Made by a program: the position numbers and the translations under genes. The notes under the pieces were generated by a model. The model saw only the letters and a program-made list of their open reading frames with translations, was not told the DNA's origin and ran no database searches. Of a DNA stretch of 64,000 bases, positions 11,094 through 20,660 are shown piece after piece (position 1 is the first letter of the stretch; each line of letters opens with the position of its first letter). Source of the DNA: Rhizobium sp. Q54 (lineage in GTDB: Bacteria; Pseudomonadota; Alphaproteobacteria; UBA7879; VGCX01); assembly GCA_945870825.1 (NCBI GenBank), contig CAMBTM010000001.1, positions 26,926 to 90,925 on the forward strand. The letters run 5' to 3'.

Positions 11094-12611
11094 TTATTTT
11101 TCTTCGAACCAGTGTTCACGGGCCTTCATAATCAAGGCATTCGCATCGTCAAGACTGATCTTATTTTCACCCAAAATTTCGCGCAGTTCATCACCCGCAA
11201 GATCGGCAAAATCATCCAGGGTTTTAATATCCCCTTTCGCTAAGACAAGCCGTTGATCAGACGTAAGCCCTTTGAATGAAAGAAGATCCTTCTCCATTCC
11301 AAGATCTGTACATTCCTTTTCAATACGTTTTTTCTTTTCTTTAACAGCAACAACCGCACGGGCATGAAGCTCTTGCGCTACAGATTCATCAAACCCTTCA
11401 ATGGAAGAAAGATCTTCCAAATCACAGTCCGCCACTTCCTCAACAGAGGTGAACCCTTCTGCTGCCAAAAGGTGGCCAATGACCTCATCCACATCCAAAG
11501 ACTCAATAAAGTCCTGAGCACGCCTTTTGAACGTGGCTGCACGATTTTTCTCATCATCTTCTTCTGTCACAATGCTGATATCCATGCGGGTCAAGCCTGA
11601 GGCAAGACGCACATTTTGACCGCGGCGTCCAATGGCCAAGCTCAATTGATCAGCCGGCACAACCACCTCGACCTTGCCTTCGTCTTCATCAATGATGACT
11701 TTGCTAATTTCAGCAGGCGCCAAAGAATTCACAACAAACGTCGCAAGGTCCTCAGACCAAAGGACGATATCAACCTTTTCACCTTGGAGTTCATTCACAA
11801 CGGCTTGAACGCGGCTACCGCGCATTCCCACACAGGACCCAACAGGGTCAATAGAAGAATCCCGTGCCACAACTGCAATCTTTGCGCGGCTCCCCGGATC
11901 ACGCGCCACAGAAACAATTTCGACTAACCCATCTGAAATTTCAGGCACTTCTTGACGAAATAATTCTGCCATAAAGTTAGGGTGTGTTCTGGACAAAAAG
12001 ACCTGAGGTCCCCGTGGTTCTGGGCGCACATCCATGATGTAGACCAAAATCTTGTCTCCTGGGCGGAAGTTTTCGCGCGCGATACATTCATCACGGCGCA
12101 ACAAGGCCTCGCACTTTCCGATATCAACGATGTAATTACCATATTCATTGCGGCGGATAATGCCCGTTGCAATGTCACCCAAACGGGACTTGAATTCATT
12201 ATATTGACGATCACGCTCTGCCCCACGCACCCGCTGAGAAATCACCTGGCGAGCAGACTGAGCGGCAATACGACCAAACTGAACGGGGGGGAGCTCAGTA
12301 ATTACAAACCCGCCAACCTCAGCCTCTGGGTCAGATTTTTTAGCATCCGCCAGAAGAATCTGCAAAGAAGGTTCCGTAACCTCATCCACAATTTCTTGAT
12401 ACATGCCCAGATTCACAACCCCGGATATCCGGTCGATATACGCCCGAATGTCATTTTCAAGACCATATTTTGTGCGGGCTATTTTTTGAATAGCCTCTTC
12501 CATCGCCTTGACGACTTCCTCGCAGTCAATGCCTTTCTCACGCGCAACCGCATCAGCAATCTGCAAAATCTCACGACCTAGTGTAGCGCTCATCTTCGAT
12601 CCTCGAACCAT
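11094..12611 (-). CDS. nusA: Transcription termination/antitermination factor NusA
   Basis: 505 aa with NusA N-terminal, S1, KH and C-terminal acidic repeat regions. It sits immediately upstream of infB in the conserved order. The start may be the internal Met at about 12593. Confidence 0.93.
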   Translation of the reverse strand: MVRGSKMSATLGREILQIADAVAREKGIDCEEVVKAMEEAIQKIARTKYGLENDIRAYIDRISGVVNLGMYQEIVDEVTEPSLQILLADAKKSDPEAEVGGFVITELPPVQFGRIAAQSARQVISQRVRGAERDRQYNEFKSRLGDIATGIIRRNEYGNYIVDIGKCEALLRRDECIARENFRPGDKILVYIMDVRPEPRGPQVFLSRTHPNFMAELFRQEVPEISDGLVEIVSVARDPGSRAKIAVVARDSSIDPVGSCVGMRGSRVQAVVNELQGEKVDIVLWSEDLATFVVNSLAPAEISKVIIDEDEGKVEVVVPADQLSLAIGRRGQNVRLASGLTRMDISIVTEEDDEKNRAATFKRRAQDFIESLDVDEVIGHLLAAEGFTSVEEVADCDLEDLSSIEGFDESVAQELHARAVVAVKEKKKRIEKECTDLGMEKDLLSFKGLTSDQRLVLAKGDIKTLDDFADLAGDELREILGENKISLDDANALIMKAREHWFEEK

Positions 12612-12774
12612 TAAACTATCTTAAAAACAAAAGGCGGACCAACGTAACGTCTCGTCCACCCCTCTTACGTACAATTTTTCCAGATTATAAGGCTTTTCCA
12701 AAAACCTTCAAGCAGAATTTCATCAACCACTAAGAGAAAGATTTTTGATTTTAACCAGGGAGGCGGAAATCTCT

Positions 12775-12817
12775 CACTCAACACTAAATTACATTTAGTG
12801 TAACTTAGTGTTGAGTG
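12775..12817. repeat. Nested inverted repeats (CACTCAACACTAA...TTAGTGTTGAGTG with inner CACTAAA-TTACA-TTTAGTG) in the nusA / orphan-protein divergent region
   Basis: Read directly from the sequence. Confidence 0.55.
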
Positions 12818-12913
12818 GTACAAGTATCACGCTCTGCGTCATCCATATGGGTAAGCCAAAAAATCACATTCACTGCAGTTGAAAATATAAATAAAAATCC
12901 CTACATTGCATTT

Positions 12914-15736
12914 ATGCGCTATTTACTGACATTTATTATATTTATATTTTCCATCCATAGCCACGCTATGGAGGATTTAGCTGCATTGGTGCAGGCACGG
13001 TTTCAAGGCCGTGTGCCCAATCACCTTTTACCCTCTCGCTTTGCAGGATATGAACGTATCGCAACAAACATAAGGCTTTTAGGGGGTCGAAGCGTCCTTG
13101 AACCTTCGAGTAAAGGGATGATACCCTATCCTATGCCGCAGCCAGCGATTATGTTATCAGATCCTGTCTTTGGAACACCCCTTGTCCCCAGAAATGCAGC
13201 CGATGCTTTGCTTTTCTTCCTATTCCCTTATCCCAATATTTTTCAAGCGACCACCCTTGGGTCTGATCCAATCTCTAGGTTAGAACCAAAAACCTTGGGC
13301 CAACTGGCAAGACTTTGTGAGGAATATGAAGGGAGTCTTGCTGCCACCTACTCAGATACCCAAGTAATGGCTTTGGAAGAAGACTTCACAAAAGCGTTAT
13401 TAAAGGCCTTAAACTTTGATGCCAAAAAGTATGAACGTCTAGAGCCTAAACTAGATGCCTTTAATCGATGGATAACGGTCCAAGCTTTTGCAAGGAAATT
13501 AGATACAATGGCTGAAACAGTATCAGATGATGAGAGAGCAGTTGCAGCCCTCGAACACCCTGATTTAACATTGCCTCAGTGCGGTTTGCGGAACATGTTC
13601 AGAGGTTCACAAGAATTTTGGGGCATTTCTGGTATTGAACTTGAAACCTTAAGGCATCCATCCAATGAACACTCAGAGGTTCTCCAGTCTTTTGCAGAAA
13701 ACGTTTTGAATGAAGCATCCGTTAGTTTTTCCACCTTTGAAAATAGGGTGAAGGATTTTGGGAAAATGAGGCTCATTAATCTTATGGTCCGTGGCGTGGT
13801 GGATCAGCATTATGAGGCAGATATGAATGGTCTTAATCTTCAATCGCGCTTGGCCCTCTTCTTTTGGAAGAAGTACCAATGGGCTTTGCAAGAAGGAAAT
13901 ACAACCCCCATGATGGCGTTTTATGCGCACAGACTTGGCATTGATCCAATAGAAGGGCCTATGAACATCGTCCTATTACCCTTGCCCTTCTTGACCTTCG
14001 ACGATATAAAAAGGGATCCAAGACAATTTTTCTTACTTTCTTTGCCTGAGCAGGAAAAAATTATCAAAGAGTGTGCCGGCGCTTTCATCCCTATCAACAT
14101 GCACGAAGGGAAAGTTGAGGACAAAAAATTTTCTGATTGTATGGAAACAGCCATTTTTAACCTTGCAACAGCAATGATCCATAGGGTTGAAGCGGGGAAA
14201 GTTATCCTAGACCCAAGCTTTTTGCCTGACTGCCCTTTGAAAACCTATTTAGTAAAAAACCCTGGGGATTTCCATGAGTATGCGACCAAGCATTCTGAAT
14301 GGGCCAACGCTGTTGCAGGTATTCCAAGCGTTAAGTATCTTAAAACAACCACTGATGGGAAAGGATGTGAAGTCCGTCCTGGTCTTATTTCAACCCTTAA
14401 TGCTTTGTCTTTTCTTTTTGGCATGAAAGACCCTCTTCCCTATAAAAAAGATGCCTCCATTATGGAACGGTTGGCGCAAATTTCCACATTTATCCAATCA
14501 ACAGGTTATGCTGTGACACTTGTACTGGATGAAAAAAATAAACTTGAATGGTCTCCTTTAAAAAATGACTTTTCAGGACTATTCTCTTTAAAAAAGGATA
14601 CAGATACCGGGGTATTTGATACCTCCTTTGGACATGGTTATCTTAAATGGGTAACTGGCAATAGCAGTCGTGTCATCTCTCTCTTTGATCACGCCAAAAC
14701 TCTTGATGCCCTATTAACCACAGCCCCGCTTGTTAACAATCGAGATGCCTTTGATGCCTACATGAAAAAGTTCAGGATTCTTAGCGGCAGAGTTCATCAT
14801 TTAGAAGCCCATCTTTTTCAAATGGACTTAACGAGCCTTGAAATGCAAAAGGCTGTTTTCTTAGAAACCTACAATCAAAAATCTCTTGAAAGCCTAGCTC
14901 TTTCCATTATTCAACGGTTGGATGGAACTAACACTTGGCCCGCGGCTTGCGACTTTAACTTTCTGGACGGCGGCAATGGCACGCCATCAGATGAATTCCT
15001 TCATGCATTTGCTACAATACATCCAATGACTTTTTCTATCTGGAATATATTCCGGTCATATAGAACACCTGATGCTTCCATGTCTTTTTGGCATTGGTGT
15101 CGAGATACCCACAAAGAATGGATGATAGAAGCAGCGCTCCCCCTTCTCAAAGATTTTGGCACACAATGTGTGCCAAATAACGCTCAGGATCCTAGCCTTC
15201 TGTTACCCTATTTAACAAGGATGCCATCTCTTGAAACAGCACAGTTTTATGGGTGGGATGGGCCTTATTGTCTTAGGATGGAAGATACAAATCCTTTCCA
15301 TACGCCTGTCTTTGATTTTTTAACAACTAAAAATTTCATAAAAGATATTAGGGGTATTAGCCTGTCTCCAAAAACTGCTTTTCATATGATGGCACAATCT
15401 GCGAAACTCAGTCGACTCAGATTCGTCCCCCTCAATGAGACTGGATGGACAGAAGAAATTTTGAGAAAATTTATTGATCGATTTTTGACACGTAATACCT
15501 ACGGAGAGAGTAAATATCTAGAAGTGTCTTTTTTCTGGGAAGAATCAAAAATTCTAGATTTCATGAGATCTTTAAACCCGCAATACTTAAAAGATAACCT
15601 CTTTTATGCTAATAGCATGCCAGCTCCTTTAGGTGAATACGATCCAGAGACAACTGTGTATGCAAGAATCCTCAAAGAAATTCAAGACAGAGAATCCACT
15701 GCTGCTACCTCGGCCGAAGGAAAAACAGAAGACTAA
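12914..15736 (+). CDS. Large (~940 aa) secreted protein of unknown function
   Basis: Long ORF with a signal-peptide-like start MRYLLTFIIFIFSIHSHA at internal Met 12914. The upstream 33 codons of the ORF overlap the palindromic intergenic region and are probably non-coding. No motif I can assign. Confidence 0.55.
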   Translation: MRYLLTFIIFIFSIHSHAMEDLAALVQARFQGRVPNHLLPSRFAGYERIATNIRLLGGRSVLEPSSKGMIPYPMPQPAIMLSDPVFGTPLVPRNAADALLFFLFPYPNIFQATTLGSDPISRLEPKTLGQLARLCEEYEGSLAATYSDTQVMALEEDFTKALLKALNFDAKKYERLEPKLDAFNRWITVQAFARKLDTMAETVSDDERAVAALEHPDLTLPQCGLRNMFRGSQEFWGISGIELETLRHPSNEHSEVLQSFAENVLNEASVSFSTFENRVKDFGKMRLINLMVRGVVDQHYEADMNGLNLQSRLALFFWKKYQWALQEGNTTPMMAFYAHRLGIDPIEGPMNIVLLPLPFLTFDDIKRDPRQFFLLSLPEQEKIIKECAGAFIPINMHEGKVEDKKFSDCMETAIFNLATAMIHRVEAGKVILDPSFLPDCPLKTYLVKNPGDFHEYATKHSEWANAVAGIPSVKYLKTTTDGKGCEVRPGLISTLNALSFLFGMKDPLPYKKDASIMERLAQISTFIQSTGYAVTLVLDEKNKLEWSPLKNDFSGLFSLKKDTDTGVFDTSFGHGYLKWVTGNSSRVISLFDHAKTLDALLTTAPLVNNRDAFDAYMKKFRILSGRVHHLEAHLFQMDLTSLEMQKAVFLETYNQKSLESLALSIIQRLDGTNTWPAACDFNFLDGGNGTPSDEFLHAFATIHPMTFSIWNIFRSYRTPDASMSFWHWCRDTHKEWMIEAALPLLKDFGTQCVPNNAQDPSLLLPYLTRMPSLETAQFYGWDGPYCLRMEDTNPFHTPVFDFLTTKNFIKDIRGISLSPKTAFHMMAQSAKLSRLRFVPLNETGWTEEILRKFIDRFLTRNTYGESKYLEVSFFWEESKILDFMRSLNPQYLKDNLFYANSMPAPLGEYDPETTVYARILKEIQDRESTAATSAEGKTED

Positions 15737-15808
15737 GTCCCTCTCCCCTTCTGGGACGCCAGGGCATGGCATGAAAAAATCTCTTTTTTGCCAACGCGTA
15801 CCCATTCT

Positions 15809-15845
15809 CCTTGTAAATCAACCATGCGATAGCTGATTTACAAGG
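15809..15845. repeat. 12-bp perfect inverted repeat CCTTGTAAATCA-N13-TGATTTACAAGG downstream of the orphan gene
   Basis: Seen directly. No T-run follows, so it is not a canonical terminator. Confidence 0.5.
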
Positions 15846-15866
15846 AAACCCCCTATGAACCTGTCC

Positions 15867-15970
15867 AAATTTGCAATCAAAATGCAAATTTGTCCGGCTT
15901 TTTCTGTTTTTTCTTGCAATATGGCATCGCTAATGCCATATTGAGACTCAAAGTGGCATTTCAGGTGCCA
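15867..15970 (+). promoter_or_regulatory. Palindrome-rich promoter region of the DUF4143 ATPase gene: AAATTTGCA-N7-TGCAAATTT plus two TGGCA-N7-TGCCA sites (centres 15930 and 15962, 32 bp apart)
   Basis: Three separate perfect palindromes lie within 105 bp, ending about 30 bp before the ATG at 15999. The first TGGCA site extends to the 11-bp arms CAATATGGCAT / ATGCCATATTG. Confidence 0.5.
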
Positions 15971-15998
15971 TTTTGCGTGTAGCAAAAAAGGGAAGACT

Positions 15999-17177
15999 AT
16001 GCACTTTATTCCAAGGTTTTTTAAGGATCCAGGCCAAAGTTTCTTTCTTTTTGGCCCCCGTGGCACAGGAAAATCAACCCTCATCAAGGCTCTCTATAAA
16101 GACGCCATTTGGATTGATTTATTAAAACCTGATGTGCTCCGTAGTTACCTTGCGTACCCAGAACGTTTGGGAAATCTTATTGAAGGTCAACCAAGTATAA
16201 AAACCATCGTCATCGATGAAATCCAAAAAGCCCCGCAATTATTAACGATGATCCATCATCTTATTGAAAAGAAAATAGGACTCAAGTTCATCCTCACAGG
16301 ATCCAGTGCCAGAAAGATTAAACGGATGGATGCTGATCTTTTGGGAGGGCGCGCTATTAAACGAGAGCTTTATCCTTTTATGGCAGCAGAACTTGGCGAT
16401 CAGTTTGACCTGAAGAGAGCTCTAAACAGGGGCCTCCTCCCCTTGTTAACAGCCTCACCTAATCCTGAAGATACGCTTACAACTTATAGTGCCCTTTACA
16501 TCCACGAAGAAGTTCAAACGGAAGGATTTATAAGAAATCTAGGGGATTTTTCAAGATTTTTAGAGGCTATTTCTTTCTCTCATGGCGCCATATTAAACAC
16601 GGCGAACATTGCAAGAGAGTGTGAAATCAAAAGAAAAACCGTTGAAAATTATTTAAACGTTCTTGAAGATCTTTTATTATGTTTTAAGGTGCCAGTATTC
16701 TCGAAACGGGCCACACGTATGCTGAGTGTTCATCCAAAGTTTTATCTTTTTGATGCAGGTCTTTATCAAGGGCTAAGGCCCCGGGGTATACTCGATAAGC
16801 CTGAGGAAATCGAAGGTGCTGCACTCGAAGGACTTGTTGCGCAGCATTTAAGAGCCTGGGTACAGTATACAAGTCAAAAACATAGTCTCAATTTCTGGCG
16901 AACACGATCAGGATCAGAAGTTGACTTCGTTGTATATGGAACCCTGGGATTTTGGGGAATAGAAGTTAAAAATACGACAAAAATCCGTCCCGAAGACTTA
17001 AAATCGTTGGAATCTTTTTTGGAAGAATATCCAGAGGCTACAGGATTCCTTCTCTATCGTGGGTCAGAACTTTTTAAAAGAAATAATATCTTATGTGTTC
17101 CTGTCGATATGTTCTTAAGAAATCTTGTTCCTGACATAGGACTCTGGGAACATATCCCTACCCCTCTTAAACCATAA
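15999..17177 (+). CDS. AAA+ ATPase, AAA_14 + DUF4143 family (COG1373-like)
   Basis: Walker A GPRGTGKST and Walker B IVIDEIQ are present. The C-terminal region is typical of the DUF4143 family. A diverged paralog lies at 25864. Confidence 0.8.
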   Translation: MHFIPRFFKDPGQSFFLFGPRGTGKSTLIKALYKDAIWIDLLKPDVLRSYLAYPERLGNLIEGQPSIKTIVIDEIQKAPQLLTMIHHLIEKKIGLKFILTGSSARKIKRMDADLLGGRAIKRELYPFMAAELGDQFDLKRALNRGLLPLLTASPNPEDTLTTYSALYIHEEVQTEGFIRNLGDFSRFLEAISFSHGAILNTANIARECEIKRKTVENYLNVLEDLLLCFKVPVFSKRATRMLSVHPKFYLFDAGLYQGLRPRGILDKPEEIEGAALEGLVAQHLRAWVQYTSQKHSLNFWRTRSGSEVDFVVYGTLGFWGIEVKNTTKIRPEDLKSLESFLEEYPEATGFLLYRGSELFKRNNILCVPVDMFLRNLVPDIGLWEHIPTPLKP

Positions 17178-17828
17178 AAATCGGCTCACGCGTCCAGCCC
17201 TCACGGCTTTTTCTTGAAACCGTGTTTGGGTCCAGAGGGGTGGAAAATCGGTCCAGGTGTTTGGATCATCGTTCAATAAAACAAGATCCTTAGACGCAGA
17301 TGCATGCTCTAAAATCCATTCAAAGTAATCGGCATGATCCGTTGCAATCAAAAGCTTGCCTTCTGTGGACAATTTCCGGGCCAGCAACGTCAACGTTGCG
17401 TGCTGAACAAACCGCCGTTTATGGTGGGCTTTTTTGGGCCAAGGATCTGGAAATAAAAGAAAGATATGATCAAAGCATCCATCGGGTACGGCCTCCAAAA
17501 GGTGAAGGGCATTGCCTGGATAAATCCGCACATTGGTCAAATGATCTTTATGGATATGCTCTAACAAATTGGCCACCCCATTGATGAAAGGCTCACACCC
17601 CACCATCAAGATATTGGGATGATTGATCGCCTGAAGGGCCAAGTGCTCACCCGAGCCAAACCCGATTTCCAAAAAACATCCCTTATAGTTTTCAACGTCA
17701 AATGCGCCGCTTATCCCGTCTTCTCCGACATTGATTTGAATTCTTGGCAAAAGGGTCTCAAGAAGGTCTTGTTTAAAGGGCTTGAGTTTGCGACCGCATC
17801 GTCGACCATAGGTGTTATGGGGCAACAT
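17115..17828 (-). CDS. trmB: tRNA (guanine-N7)-methyltransferase
   Basis: SAM-methyltransferase fold with EIGFGSGEHL and the LFPDPWPKKAHHKRR motif. Confidence 0.85.
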   Translation of the reverse strand: MLPHNTYGRRCGRKLKPFKQDLLETLLPRIQINVGEDGISGAFDVENYKGCFLEIGFGSGEHLALQAINHPNILMVGCEPFINGVANLLEHIHKDHLTNVRIYPGNALHLLEAVPDGCFDHIFLLFPDPWPKKAHHKRRFVQHATLTLLARKLSTEGKLLIATDHADYFEWILEHASASKDLVLLNDDPNTWTDFPPLWTQTRFQEKAVRAGRVSRFLWFKRGRDMFPESYVRNKIS

Positions 17829-19344
17829 GACGTCTCCTCAACACAAACTTTAACGCCATGAGAAGATAGATGATCCAACAGATGATTGGATAAGGATCCG
17901 CTTGGCTAACCAGGGCATAAAATGGCTTTTCTTGAAGTGGGGCCGGGAGGTAGAAGTCAGCTGTTTGAGCCTCTCCATAAGGCAATTGCAGCAGAATTTG
18001 TCCCAGCGGATCAATCACCGCTGAAATACCCGTATTGGCCACACGCACCACAGGCACACCCGATTCAATGGCCCGCATCTGGGCCATAGCCAAGTGTTGA
18101 TAGGGTTCTAGACTATGCAAAAACCATCCGTCATTGGTCAGGTTGAGTATCCACTGTGCCTGCGCCGTCTCTTTCGTCTGGAATTTTCCAGAAAAAATGG
18201 CCTCATGACAAATAAGGGGCATAAAACAAGGAAGGTCTTTGCTGCACAAAAGTTTTGGGGCATCCCCTGGGGTAAAGTCCCCCAGGCCCCCACTCATCTT
18301 ATGAATTTGTCCAGGCAGGATACTGTCAATAAAATGCCGGAAAGGAATGTATTCGCCAAAGGGCAGGAGACGGTGTTTGTCGTAAAAGGTAATCCCATAA
18401 CCGTCGTGGTCAAAGGCCATCATGCTGTTATACACTTTCCTATTCCCATAGCGAAACCCGTTGGTGATCAACACACCTGCTGCAGGACATGCCTTTTTGA
18501 TATAATCCATCATCCACCCATGCCGCTCTGGGCTTAGATGAAAATCAAACTCTGGCCATATAACCGCCTTCAAAGGATAATCACTGGGACGCGTGGAGAG
18601 TGTCACAAAATGATCCAGTCCCTCTCTCATGGCTTTTTTTGACATCATGACCCCTTGGGGGAAATTAGGCTGAACAAGGCGAAGATAAGGCGGATGAACG
18701 GCGGCCCGTGAAAGGTGGTTTATTCTGTGAGATCCATACCAAAAAGATCCTATAAAACTAACAACAACAAAGATCCCATATAAACCCTTGTATCTCTTAG
18801 TATAAAGAGGGCTCAAAAGAATATAGGGCGTTGCCAACCAGCAAAGAGTAATCCCGCTCAAAAGGTAGGGGCCCATAAGGGACGCCAACTGGGAAATGGG
18901 AAGACACGTTGTCCACATCGTCCCAAGGGAAGCCCAGGGAAATCCTGTCAGGAATTCTGCCCGTATGATATCAAGCAGAGCCCAAAGAAGCGCCAACCAA
19001 AAAATACGAAAAGGCAGCCGATAACGATACCAAGGAATAAACCAAGCCCCAACCCTATAATAAAAACTGAAAAAGAGGGGAAGTCCCAACAGAGCAAAAG
19101 GAATCAAATAACCATACTGAGTCCAATTCACATGAAGCGAACAGGGAATCCAATGTAATGCCATCAAGAAATACCCAAAAGCAAAGGACCCCATCGCAGG
19201 AACAGGATGGGGGGATGTTTCCCCTTGAAGCAGAAAAAAAGAAAGTCCCAATGAAAAGAAAAGTTGAAAGCCTGGAATAGGAACTGTACCAAGCCCTGCC
19301 ACAAGGCCCAAGAAAATGATCCGGAGAGTCTTCATTGACGGCAT
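17815..19344 (-). CDS. lnt: Apolipoprotein N-acyltransferase
   Basis: 509 aa with a multi-TM N-terminal half and a CN-hydrolase C-terminal half. It sits in the conserved lnt-ybeX-ybeY-phoH-miaB cluster. Confidence 0.85.
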   Translation of the reverse strand: MPSMKTLRIIFLGLVAGLGTVPIPGFQLFFSLGLSFFLLQGETSPHPVPAMGSFAFGYFLMALHWIPCSLHVNWTQYGYLIPFALLGLPLFFSFYYRVGAWFIPWYRYRLPFRIFWLALLWALLDIIRAEFLTGFPWASLGTMWTTCLPISQLASLMGPYLLSGITLCWLATPYILLSPLYTKRYKGLYGIFVVVSFIGSFWYGSHRINHLSRAAVHPPYLRLVQPNFPQGVMMSKKAMREGLDHFVTLSTRPSDYPLKAVIWPEFDFHLSPERHGWMMDYIKKACPAAGVLITNGFRYGNRKVYNSMMAFDHDGYGITFYDKHRLLPFGEYIPFRHFIDSILPGQIHKMSGGLGDFTPGDAPKLLCSKDLPCFMPLICHEAIFSGKFQTKETAQAQWILNLTNDGWFLHSLEPYQHLAMAQMRAIESGVPVVRVANTGISAVIDPLGQILLQLPYGEAQTADFYLPAPLQEKPFYALVSQADPYPIICWIIYLLMALKFVLRRRHVAP

Positions 19345-19347
19345 ATG

Positions 19348-20178
19348 CTAGTCTTTGTTCTTAATCAAAGCGCCCACATTGTAAAGACGCATGCGACGAA
19401 TGCCACGATTATGGACTTCGAGGATTTCAAAGGTTACCCCGCTTGGATGCTTGATAATTTCGCCCCGGTTGGGAATACGGCCTGCCAAAAGCAATACCAG
19501 CCCTGCCAATGTTTCTGGATCACTGTGGCGTTCTTTATCCGTTAACAACGTCCCAAAGTTTTCTTCAAACGTCTCGATAGAACAACGTCCATCAGCCATG
19601 ACACTGCGGCTAGCTGCATCGTAATCATAAAGAAGAGCATGATCCGTCAAAGAAAATTCCAAATGGCCCAACATTTTTGCAACGACCGTGTCCCCTGTCA
19701 CCAAGCCATCGACGCCACCAAACTCATCAACCACCACAGCCATATAATTTTTTTCTTCTTTCATCTTCACCAAAAGATCAAAACAAAGCATGGTCGGGGA
19801 TACAAAAAGAATTTTTTCGATATACTTCTTAAGATTAGAACTTTCATCGCGTTGAAGAATAATTTCCTTGATATGGATTTTACCCAATATGTTATCAAGA
19901 GTCCCATGACAAATAGGATAACGGGTATGGGAAAAGTCTTTAATCTTATTAAGATTTGCTTCAAGGGGCAGGGCCAAATCTAGCCATATGATATCACTTC
20001 TGGGCACCATCACATCTTCAACTGTTAATTGATTTAAGCGAATGATATTATTTAAAATGAAGTGTTTTTCAGATGAAACTGTTGGCAAATCGACCAAAGG
20101 TGTTACTGCTGCCGAAGTGGTTTTCTTCCACGGTAGTATTTTCTCAATAGCCTCAACTATTTTCTTGATCAACATCAT
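19348..20178 (-). CDS. ybeX: CBS-domain / CorC_HlyC transporter-associated protein (CorC/YbeX)
   Basis: Tandem CBS region plus a C-terminal CorC_HlyC-like domain. Conserved position next to ybeY. Confidence 0.8.
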   Translation of the reverse strand: MMLIKKIVEAIEKILPWKKTTSAAVTPLVDLPTVSSEKHFILNNIIRLNQLTVEDVMVPRSDIIWLDLALPLEANLNKIKDFSHTRYPICHGTLDNILGKIHIKEIILQRDESSNLKKYIEKILFVSPTMLCFDLLVKMKEEKNYMAVVVDEFGGVDGLVTGDTVVAKMLGHLEFSLTDHALLYDYDAASRSVMADGRCSIETFEENFGTLLTDKERHSDPETLAGLVLLLAGRIPNRGEIIKHPSGVTFEILEVHNRGIRRMRLYNVGALIKNKD

Positions 20179-20660
20179 GTCAGCTCATAGGGGTTAGAAA
20201 TACCACATTGGGCCAGGATGAAAACCTCCAAGGCTTCCATTTCTTCTGCCTCATGCTGATCTTCATGGTCATATCCCATCAGGTGCAAAAAACCATGAAC
20301 CATCATATGAAGGACATGGTGGATAAAATTTTTACCCTGTGACTCAGCATCCCTCTTAATTGTTTCATAGGACAGGATAATATCGCCTAAATTCAAATTT
20401 TCAATGGATAATACATCCCCCTTGGAAAAATTCTCCTGGGGAAAGCTTAAAACATCGGTCGGTTTATTCTTTCCACGATACTGGTCATTCAAACTTTGAA
20501 TAAAAGAATCATTTGCCAACACAACGGACACTTCGAATGCCGGAGAAATCCCTAAATGATCGGCTGCTGCGTTAATAACGCCTGCAATATCTTCCTGTGA
20601 AAGACAGTCCTGCCACAAAGATGACTGGTAAAGACAATCAATCGTTCTAAGATTATGCAT
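20175..20660 (-). CDS. ybeY: rRNA maturation endoribonuclease YbeY
   Basis: Zinc motif HGFLHLMGYDHE. Confidence 0.9.
   Translation of the reverse strand: MHNLRTIDCLYQSSLWQDCLSQEDIAGVINAAADHLGISPAFEVSVVLANDSFIQSLNDQYRGKNKPTDVLSFPQENFSKGDVLSIENLNLGDIILSYETIKRDAESQGKNFIHHVLHMMVHGFLHLMGYDHEDQHEAEEMEALEVFILAQCGISNPYELT

Noticed and set aside
11364-12581. Plus-strand ORFs antisense to nusA
   Set aside because: Shadow ORFs inside a conserved gene.
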